Shown piece after piece: positions 15,915 to 22,594 of a stretch of 22,594 nt of DNA (its first letter is position 1; every line of letters begins with the position of its first letter). Source of the DNA: Candidatus Micrarchaeota archaeon (GTDB lineage Archaea > Micrarchaeota > Micrarchaeia > Norongarragalinales > UBA8480); assembly GCA_043805855.1 (NCBI GenBank), contig JAZDHP010000040.1, forward strand, positions 1 to 22,594, written 5' to 3'. The notes under the pieces were generated by a model. That model had not been told where the DNA came from. It searched no databases and saw only the letters and a list, made by a program, of their open reading frames with translations. A program made the position numbers and the translations under genes.

Positions 15915-16601
15915 TTAAGCTAATTTCTGTAAATTTTCCAGTGTTGGAGCTTCGTTTAGCGTTTCATCATTTACAATTACTGTTGGCGCGTTGGTTGTCT
16001 TGTACATTGAAGATAGAATAGCAATTGACGGCATTGTTTCTTTATAGTCTAAGTTAAATGAGTACGCTAGAATGTTTCCTGGGTTTTGTTGCTTAAATTG
16101 TCCAATAGCTTCGTCGTATGCAGTGCATTCGCCGCAGTTAGAAGTGTAAAAGTACAGCACAAGTGTTAAGTCAGTGCCGCACAGGTTTTTCAATCGTTTC
16201 CAGAACAAGTAATCGCGCGATTCAAGTGCAAAGTAACGCTGTTCCAACGCTAACACGTCGTTTGTTTGTCCGCGCTTAGCTTCAAATAAACGTAATCTTC
16301 GTCCCACGTCTGCAGTTTGCACGCCGAGGTTGTGTGCGCTGTCTTCAACTGCTTTACAGAGAGTTGCTTTCATTTCGAGATTATTTGCAATTGCCGGGTC
16401 GCTTTCAAGAAGAGATAGCACTTCTAGGTTGACGTTGCTTGTTTGTAGTGAATCTATCTCGTTGTAAAACTGGTCGTTTACCTGGCTTGCTAGGCCATTT
16501 CCAATCCAAATGCCAACTGCGAATATAACTATTGTAATAACTAGCGTGCTTAAGTGAAGCGGGATTGAAAGCGAACGTTTAACCTTTTCCTTATCTTCCA
16601 T
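15915..16601 (-). CDS. Membrane-anchored protein with coiled region and C-terminal thioredoxin-like CxxC domain
   Basis: N-terminal TM (LVITIVIFAVGIWIG), LYFYTSNCGEC, and APTVIVN (cis-Pro motif). Confidence 0.75.
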   Translation of the reverse strand: MEDKEKVKRSLSIPLHLSTLVITIVIFAVGIWIGNGLASQVNDQFYNEIDSLQTSNVNLEVLSLLESDPAIANNLEMKATLCKAVEDSAHNLGVQTADVGRRLRLFEAKRGQTNDVLALEQRYFALESRDYLFWKRLKNLCGTDLTLVLYFYTSNCGECTAYDEAIGQFKQQNPGNILAYSFNLDYKETMPSIAILSSMYKTTNAPTVIVNDETLNEAPTLENLQKLA

Positions 16602-16613
16602 TTTTGTTTTTCG

Positions 16614-17807
16614 TCACCATTTTTGCTTTTTGCCGAATAACTCTTCGCCAAAAGTAACAAGCCAGAATATCGACATGAAGTACGTATACGCTATTAAAAA
16701 TAGTAACAGTTTAGGAATTGAAAGTACGGCGCGTTCATCGTGGAATAATTTTCTCCCAGCTAATAGCCATAATATTCCAAGAATAAGTATTAAGATTGAA
16801 ATTGTTTGTATTGCGCCGAAACTGTAAATTAAACCCTCGAGGGAAAACCACGAGAAAAATTGGCCGGTTATAATTTGCCACAATACACTTGCAAAAATTA
16901 AAACAACTAGCAAAATCGTAATTACCCCTAGTGGCAGTACAACGGTTCCTAAGTCGCCGTATTTTGCGCTTAGTAATGTACGGTGCTTGTAGAAATTGCG
17001 TATCCCGCCGCGGTTCCAGCGTACTCTTTGACGTACAAGTTGTGAAAACGTTGACGGCACTTCAGTGTAAACATCGGCGTTTATTGAACCAACTATTTTA
17101 TAATTATGCGCTTGTATCCTGTAAGCCATTTCCTGATCTTCTAAAATGCTACTCTCGTCAAAAAGCCCCACTTTGTTAAACACTTTACTGCGAAACACGC
17201 TGAACGGCCCCGGCGTTACAGTGACGCTGTCGACAAAAGTTAATAATTTTCTGCTAAGCATGACGAAAATGTACTCGACGCTTTGTAGTTTTTCAATAAT
17301 TGTCTTTGGCTCGTGTACTTTTACAGCTGCAGTTACTGCCATTAGCTTTTCGTCTACAAAGAACGAAATAAGCTGATGTAGTGAGTTTTTTTCCGGAAAA
17401 GAATCTGAGTCGAGAGTTGCAATTAACTCGCATTTTGCAGCGCGTATACCTGCGTTCAACGCGCTGCTTTTACCAACGCCCCGGTGTTTATTTTGTAATA
17501 ATTTCACGCCGTGGCCGTAGTTCTTCACTTCGCGAACAGTATTATCTGTACTTCCGTCGTCAACTACAATTACTTCCATTTTGTTCTTTGGATAATTTAG
17601 CGCGAACACTGCGTCGAGGGTTTTTGTAATTGTACCTGCTTCGTTTAGCACGGGTATAACAATTGAAACAGCCGGCAACTTGTTTTTCTGCAATAGTGCT
17701 GGCTCTTCGTTAAGTTCATTGCGGTGCTTGTACAAAAGTAGAAAGAAGAATACACTAGCGTACAGTGCGACAAACGCAATTGTATACTCTAGAATTGGAA
17801 CTTGCAT
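16614..17807 (-). CDS. Processive GT2 beta-glycan synthase-like glycosyltransferase (CesA/PgaC-like)
   Basis: VSIVIPVLNE, VDDGSTD, KSSALN, LDSDS, LEDQE and QRVRW motifs; one N-terminal and several C-terminal TMs. Confidence 0.92.
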   Translation of the reverse strand: MQVPILEYTIAFVALYASVFFFLLLYKHRNELNEEPALLQKNKLPAVSIVIPVLNEAGTITKTLDAVFALNYPKNKMEVIVVDDGSTDNTVREVKNYGHGVKLLQNKHRGVGKSSALNAGIRAAKCELIATLDSDSFPEKNSLHQLISFFVDEKLMAVTAAVKVHEPKTIIEKLQSVEYIFVMLSRKLLTFVDSVTVTPGPFSVFRSKVFNKVGLFDESSILEDQEMAYRIQAHNYKIVGSINADVYTEVPSTFSQLVRQRVRWNRGGIRNFYKHRTLLSAKYGDLGTVVLPLGVITILLVVLIFASVLWQIITGQFFSWFSLEGLIYSFGAIQTISILILILGILWLLAGRKLFHDERAVLSIPKLLLFLIAYTYFMSIFWLVTFGEELFGKKQKW

Positions 17808-17870
17808 ATCTCTAGTATTAACCCATTTCTCCCTTAAAAATAACCGCTAGAGCAGCAAAACTAATAGTTA

Positions 17871-17932
17871 ATAAAATTAAAAAGAAAAGAGAAACAAATA
17901 AGAAAATAAAGAAATAAAAGAAAAAAATAAAA
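17871..17932 (-). terminator. Long T-rich tract on the minus strand, downstream of the displaced EF-2 3' end
   Basis: About 60 nt, overwhelmingly A with a few G/T on +; begins about 14 nt past the duplicate EF-2 stop codon. Confidence 0.55.
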
Positions 17933-17945
17933 GGAATTCTTCTGG

Positions 17946-17974
17946 TTTAATCCATGAAGAACTGAGCTGTTGGG
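17946..17974 (-). repeat. Duplicate of EF-2 3' end (att-like direct repeat, distal copy)
   Basis: TTTAATCCATGAAGAACTGAGCTGTTGGG vs 18523-18551 TTTAGTCCATGAAGAACGCTGCTGTTGGG: 25/29 identical; encodes PTAQFFMD*. Confidence 0.9.
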
Positions 17975-18024
17975 TAAAAAACCGAAACGGCACTCTTAAA
18001 AATAATGATTGGTCTAGCAGTTGT

Positions 18025-18216
18025 ATGGAAAATGTAAATATAGATATGGTTTATAAAGAAATACAATTGGTTAAGCAGAAGCTCGATTACCTTAATGATA
18101 TTCTAGTGCCAGAAGAGGAACTTGCGGATAACGAATCGCGCGAAGTAGACAAGCTACGCGCTGAGGCTCTGGAAGAACACAAGAAAGGCCAGACTATTTC
18201 AGTTGAAAAACTTTGA
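18025..18216 (+). CDS. Small acidic antitoxin (RelB-type partner)
   Basis: 63 aa, acidic, ends EEHKKGQTISVEKL; directly upstream of relE; TATA-like CTTAAAAA about 25-30 nt upstream. Confidence 0.75.
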   Translation: MENVNIDMVYKEIQLVKQKLDYLNDILVPEEELADNESREVDKLRAEALEEHKKGQTISVEKL

Positions 18217-18230
18217 AGGTCGCTATCCCA

Positions 18231-18500
18231 ATGTTTAACGTTGAATTTAAACAGTCGGCCAAAAAAGAGCTTGACGAACTTCCAGAGGATTATAGAATTA
18301 AAATAATTGAAGCGGCTAAGTTTCTCGCTGGTGAGCCATATCCCTTTAGGTTCTATGATGTTAGAAAAGTAAAGGGAAAAGAAGGCGTTTATGGGATCCG
18401 AATTGGGAAATATCGATTTCTCTACGAAATTTTCAAAGAACAACGGCTAATTCTAATATTCAAAGTAGGGCAAAAGTCGGATAATACCTACAAGTTCTAG
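18231..18500 (+). CDS. relE: RelE/ParE-family toxin
   Basis: MFNVEFKQSAKKELDEL...PYP..DVRKVKG...IRIGKYRFLYEI. Confidence 0.88.
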   Translation: MFNVEFKQSAKKELDELPEDYRIKIIEAAKFLAGEPYPFRFYDVRKVKGKEGVYGIRIGKYRFLYEIFKEQRLILIFKVGQKSDNTYKF

Positions 18501-18523
18501 CGCTATTCGGGCGCGTCCCTTTT

Positions 18524-20710
18524 TTAGTCCATGAAGAACGCTGCTGTTGGGAGTTGTTCCACTTCGCCTTTGCGTTTCCTGATTGAGAGGATGGTTTTGT
18601 TTTGCAATTCGCTTGGCATTTTCTCGTAGCCAGCGTATTCAGTGTACCAAATTGCTCGTCCCTGCGACGCACCTCTAATTTCTGAAGCGAATCCGAACAT
18701 TTCGCTAACTGGAACTTTTGCGTGGAGTGTAACTGTTTCTCCCTCTTGTTGCATGTCTATAATGTGTCCACGTCGGCCTTGAATTTGGCTAATGATGCCG
18801 CTCATGTAGTCACTTGGACTGTTTACAACGAGTTTTTGCTTTGGTTCAAGTAACATTGGCTTTGAACTTAGCATTCCTGCGTAAATTGGCCTCTTGATTG
18901 CCGGAATTATCTGTGCTGGACCACGGTGAGCTGGGTCAACGTGGATAGTTGCATCTTCAAGTTTTACTTTCATCCTCACGCATTCTTCCTTTGCAAGTGG
19001 ACCTTGTTTCATTGCTTCGAGAAACGCTTGAATTACAAGTTCCTGTATTTCTTGCAGGTACTGTACTCCTTTTGTGACGTCGACGAAAATGTTATTTTCA
19101 TAAACGCTCATTACCTTCCTTGCTTCGTCGCGCGGGAGCCCTGCTTTGATTAACCTTTCTTGTAGGTCTTTGCCTTTCATTTTATCGTGTAGTTCCCCGT
19201 CGGCAAACGCCTTTACTACGCTTTCTTCAAGTGGTTCAACACTTACTTTGAACTTGTTGTGTTTGTTTGGCGATTTACCGTCAAGAGTTGGACCAGCTGC
19301 TGTTACGGTTTCATGGTAAACCACAATTGGCGGAGAAGTTACAATTGCAACTCCGCGTTCCTTTTCAATTTTATATTCGATGATTTCTAAGTGAAGTTCT
19401 CCCATTCCAGAAAGTAAGTGTTCGCCAGTCTGCTGATTTATCTCAACGCGAATTGTTGGGTCTTCTTTTCCAATTTTGTGCAAAACGTCAACAAGTTTAA
19501 CCAAATCCTTTGGGTTCTTTGCTTCTATTGATTTAGTGACAACTGGATCAGAGTGGTGTTTAATTTTTTCAAACGGAGTAATTTCGCCTTCAGAAACAGT
19601 TTCACCAGCGTAAACTTCGTGAAGTCCAACAAGTGCAACGATGTTTCCAGCAATAGCGCTATCTACTAATACTCTATCAGGGCCCATGTAAAGTGCAACT
19701 TGTTGTACTTTTTCATTTTTGTACCTAGAAGCTATCCACAATTCAGTGCCTTTTGTAATTTTTCCACTGTATAATCGACCTACTGCAACTTCGCCAGCAT
19801 GTGGATCATTTTGAATTGCAGTTACGACGAAACAAGCTCTGCCTTTTGGATCGCAGTTAACCATTGCTTCCCCCTCTTTGCTTTTCGGGTCGCCGTGCCA
19901 AATTGTTGGAATGCGGTATTTTTGCGATTCAACTGGAGAAGGTAAATGTTCAATAACCATGTCGAGGATAATGTCGTCCAGTGGTGCGATTTTCTGCAAG
20001 TCAGCATGTTCGCCGTTTAGACATTTTTCGTACATTTGCTTAAACGAAAGATTGTTCTTTTTCATAACTGGATAAGAAATTGCCCATTTGTTGTACGCGG
20101 TTCCAAAGCAAACGTTTCCAGATTCGACGTTTATCTTCCACTGTTCTTTAAACTCAGCTGGTCCATAAGCGTCAATAAGTTTGTTTACTCCTGTAATAAT
20201 TTTTATAAAACGTTGTTGCATTGCAGTGTTGTCAAGTTTAAGCTCGTTGATAAAACGGTCAATTTTGTTAATGAATAGTACTGGTTTGACTTTTTCCTTC
20301 AACGCTTGACGCAGCACCGTTTCAGTTTGAGGCATTACTCCCTCGACACAATCAACAACAAGGATTACGCCGTCAACTGCACGAAGTGCGCGAGTAACGT
20401 GTCCGCCAAAGTCAACGTGGCCAGGCGTGTCAATTAAGTTAATCAAATAGTCGACGTCGTTTATCTTTACTGGCACTGAAATGTTAGCAGCTTTAATTGT
20501 AATCCCGCGAGCTTGCTCTTGCTCATCGTAGTCAGTTACGCGCTGTTCTCCGGCAAGTTCTTTTGAAATTAAACCAGCTCGTGCGATGAAAGAGTCAGAA
20601 AGAGTGCTTTTGCCATGGTCAACGTGTGCAACGATTCCTAGGTTGCGAATGTTCTTTTGATTGTACATTAATTTTTGAACGTGTGCTGCCACTGCTTCTT
20701 TAGTTGCCAT
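18524..20710 (-). CDS. fusA: Elongation factor aEF-2
   Basis: AHVDHGKST, RGITI, DTPGHVDF, NKID, GMGELHLEI, diphthamide loop HRGPAQIIP; AGGTG SD at 20722-20718. Confidence 0.99.
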   Translation of the reverse strand: MATKEAVAAHVQKLMYNQKNIRNLGIVAHVDHGKSTLSDSFIARAGLISKELAGEQRVTDYDEQEQARGITIKAANISVPVKINDVDYLINLIDTPGHVDFGGHVTRALRAVDGVILVVDCVEGVMPQTETVLRQALKEKVKPVLFINKIDRFINELKLDNTAMQQRFIKIITGVNKLIDAYGPAEFKEQWKINVESGNVCFGTAYNKWAISYPVMKKNNLSFKQMYEKCLNGEHADLQKIAPLDDIILDMVIEHLPSPVESQKYRIPTIWHGDPKSKEGEAMVNCDPKGRACFVVTAIQNDPHAGEVAVGRLYSGKITKGTELWIASRYKNEKVQQVALYMGPDRVLVDSAIAGNIVALVGLHEVYAGETVSEGEITPFEKIKHHSDPVVTKSIEAKNPKDLVKLVDVLHKIGKEDPTIRVEINQQTGEHLLSGMGELHLEIIEYKIEKERGVAIVTSPPIVVYHETVTAAGPTLDGKSPNKHNKFKVSVEPLEESVVKAFADGELHDKMKGKDLQERLIKAGLPRDEARKVMSVYENNIFVDVTKGVQYLQEIQELVIQAFLEAMKQGPLAKEECVRMKVKLEDATIHVDPAHRGPAQIIPAIKRPIYAGMLSSKPMLLEPKQKLVVNSPSDYMSGIISQIQGRRGHIIDMQQEGETVTLHAKVPVSEMFGFASEIRGASQGRAIWYTEYAGYEKMPSELQNKTILSIRKRKGEVEQLPTAAFFMD

Positions 20711-20772
20711 ATTTTTGCACCTTTGAAATTTTTCTTTTCCTAAGGTCTTTTCTTTTTTTGAAAAAGAAAAGC

Positions 20773-21390
20773 CTACCTTGCGGATTTTGCCATTCTCTCT
20801 GCTTCGTTCTTTCTCTTTACTGAGAAGGAATCCTGTGAATTCTTTGAAGCGAGGATAATTTCATTTGCAAGCGAATCTGCAACGCTGTTTTTCTTGTCAA
20901 ACGCCTGTATAATTGCGGCTAGCGTGATGTTGCGCAATGCTGTATCGAGCCTGCGTTGTGCACCAGCATCTACAGCTACTTGGTAAGCCATTCCACCTAA
21001 GCGCACTCGAGTTACTTCTTCACGTGGCGCACTGTGTTCAATTGCCATTATAAGTAATTGAATTGGATTTTGGTTAGTTTGCCTTGCAACGATTTCAAAA
21101 GCTTTTTCAACAATTTTAACCGCCTTTGTCTTTTTACCTTGCAATTTACCATGAGTGCGAATTATCTTTCCGCCTGTCTTTTCGCCAGTTCCACCACGCA
21201 TTAGTTTGTTAATCAAGCGTTCAACTACGTTTACGCCTTGCTTTGCGAACTGTTTATTCGCGTGACGTGCATACGTGTGCGGTATCTGAATTGACTTCAA
21301 GCTAACGACTTGCGCTATGCTTGGGTCGCGAATTTTAATCCCTTCGTATGTGTATTTTCCAAATAGTTTAAGTTCATTATTGTTTGTCAT
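20773..21390 (-). CDS. rps7: 30S ribosomal protein uS7
   Basis: VERLINKLMR, NPIQLL, APREEVTR, RRLDTALRNI, EAERMAKSAR; alternative ATG 21399 overlaps the rps12 stop. Confidence 0.97.
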   Translation of the reverse strand: MTNNNELKLFGKYTYEGIKIRDPSIAQVVSLKSIQIPHTYARHANKQFAKQGVNVVERLINKLMRGGTGEKTGGKIIRTHGKLQGKKTKAVKIVEKAFEIVARQTNQNPIQLLIMAIEHSAPREEVTRVRLGGMAYQVAVDAGAQRRLDTALRNITLAAIIQAFDKKNSVADSLANEIILASKNSQDSFSVKRKNEAERMAKSAR

Positions 21391-21395
21391 CAAGA

Positions 21396-21824
21396 TCATC
21401 TCTTTGGTTTCTCTTTTCTTCCCTTGCGCAGCTCTTCCAGTGAGACGCCGTTCACTGCAACTACTTTATAGCGGACTCCAGGGATTGAACCCATTTGCCC
21501 GCGTTGTGAACCGCCAAGACCCGCAATTGTAACTTCGTCGTGTTCGTCAATCTTTTCAATTGCCTTGTCGCGGGGACAATGCGCGGCAACTTTCTTGCCG
21601 TTTTTCAACAATTGAACAACGACGCATTTAATGATTCCAGAGTGAGGTTGCTTTTGTTCCATTCCCTTTTTCTTAATGACAATTCCCTTTGCCAACGGCG
21701 CTCCTTCTAGAGGGTCGTACTTTGCCTTTAAACCAAGAGCTTTGCGCTTCCATGGCTTTTTCAACCAGCGTGCCTTCTGGCGTTTCTTTTTCAACAATCG
21801 TCCAGCGTATAACCCTTTTGCCAT
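21396..21824 (-). CDS. rps12: 30S ribosomal protein uS12
   Basis: [46 protein letters not shown]. Confidence 0.97.
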   Translation of the reverse strand: MAKGLYAGRLLKKKRQKARWLKKPWKRKALGLKAKYDPLEGAPLAKGIVIKKKGMEQKQPHSGIIKCVVVQLLKNGKKVAAHCPRDKAIEKIDEHDEVTIAGLGGSQRGQMGSIPGVRYKVVAVNGVSLEELRKGRKEKPKR

Positions 21825-21893
21825 TTTTCAACAACATACCTCTTTTCTAATATTTTTCCATTTTTTCTTTTTTAAATATTGTTCTATTTTTTT

Positions 21894-22307
21894 TTACAAT
21901 ATCTTCGCATCGACAATGCCAAACCGGCGTTTCAACGCGAGTTTCAGTTTCTTTATATTGGCTCCACTTTTTCCAATCGCGACACCGCGCGTCTGGGGGT
22001 CAACTGAAATAGTAATTTTATTATTCTCTTCAACTATATTGCGTATAACTGCTCCGCGTAGCGTCTTTTCAATCATCTGCTTAGCTTCAGGCGCATCTTC
22101 AATAACTTCAACATTGCGCGGTTTAAATGCCTCGCGCGTTTTCATCAACGTCGAACCGCCTTTGCCAATTGCCTTTCCCATTTCTCCCTCTTGCACAATG
22201 AAAACCAACTGGTCTTTATCTTCAATAACATCTTGAACCTTTGCGTGTGTCCGCTGTTCAAACACTTGCATTAATTCAAGCGAATTCCTATCTAGTGTGT
22301 TGGTCAT
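21894..22307 (-). CDS. nusA: Archaeal NusA (two KH domains)
   Basis: MGKAIGKGG and GVAIGKSGANIK KH loops; conserved position between L30e and S12. Confidence 0.93.
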   Translation of the reverse strand: MTNTLDRNSLELMQVFEQRTHAKVQDVIEDKDQLVFIVQEGEMGKAIGKGGSTLMKTREAFKPRNVEVIEDAPEAKQMIEKTLRGAVIRNIVEENNKITISVDPQTRGVAIGKSGANIKKLKLALKRRFGIVDAKIL

Positions 22308-22318
22308 TTGAATCAAAA

Positions 22319-22594
22319 TCACTCTGTGTTAACTGTTGGCGCTGCTACGCTTTTTAGAATGTCAGAGTTGCCAGCTTCTATTACTGACAACGCGCTTACG
22401 GGGAAAGGCTTTCCGCATACAACTCCAAGCTCGACGCTTGTTCCGGTAAATTCAATTAATGGCACTCCTGATAGTGAAGAGTAGTGCATTATATCTTGTT
22501 TGACATTTGCGGGGCAATTGCGCGCAACGACTATTGCCTTGGCTTCACCGTGCATTGCGAGTTTCCTCGTGCGGTCGCTGCCGAGAATAGTTTT
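22319..22594 (-). CDS. rpl30e: 50S ribosomal protein eL30 (5' end outside window)
   Basis: Open frame to the window end: KTILGSDRTRKLAMHGEAKAIVVARNCP...ELGVVCGKPFPVSALSVIEAGNSDIL. Confidence 0.95.
   Translation of the reverse strand, partial: KTILGSDRTRKLAMHGEAKAIVVARNCPANVKQDIMHYSSLSGVPLIEFTGTSVELGVVCGKPFPVSALSVIEAGNSDILKSVAAPTVNTE

Larger units (their letters stand above)
17946..18551. mobile_element. Minimal relBE cassette integrated in the EF-2 3' end
   Basis: Direct repeats 577 bp apart enclose only a promoter, antitoxin, toxin and oligo-T; no recombinase gene. Confidence 0.72.

Noticed and set aside
44..22236. Numerous 60-190 aa alternative-frame and antisense ORFs in the track (e.g. 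44-247, 7706-8185, 13197-13646, 21676-22236)
   Set aside because: They overlap well-supported genes, lack motifs and look like shadow ORFs.

Overview
This is a gene-dense archaeal chromosomal segment. Leaderless-type TATA promoters, archaeal NusA/L30e/NMD3/PINA/SepF and a divergent uS12 suggest a DPANN lineage such as Micrarchaeota (inference only). The core backbone is orc1/cdc6 (5' part), sepF, a HIT hydrolase, a TrmJ-family methylase, a HemK2 methylase, a PINA ATPase, a COG1709-like HTH regulator, NMD3, DUF2070+GT4, GT2 plus a CxxC membrane protein, and the L30e-nusA-S12-S7-EF2 operon. Six accessory units are interspersed: three toxin-antitoxin pairs (DUF4258/YgiT-AbrB, VapBC, RelBE) and three basic orphan genes (pseudokinase-like, tandem-HTH, TraB/GumN-like). 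Main observation: these small integrase-free units tend to be bounded by short direct repeats that coincide with gene 3' ends. The clearest case is a 577-bp relBE cassette flanked by two coding-conserved copies of the last 9 codons of EF-2 (PTAAFFMD*/PTAQFFMD*). Also notable are a HIT gene whose HxHxH active site carries four second-codon-position transversions including an in-frame TGA, a 110-nt run of four abutting hairpins, and a -1 frameshift inside a membrane anchor. No tRNA, rRNA, CRISPR array or transposase was recognised.
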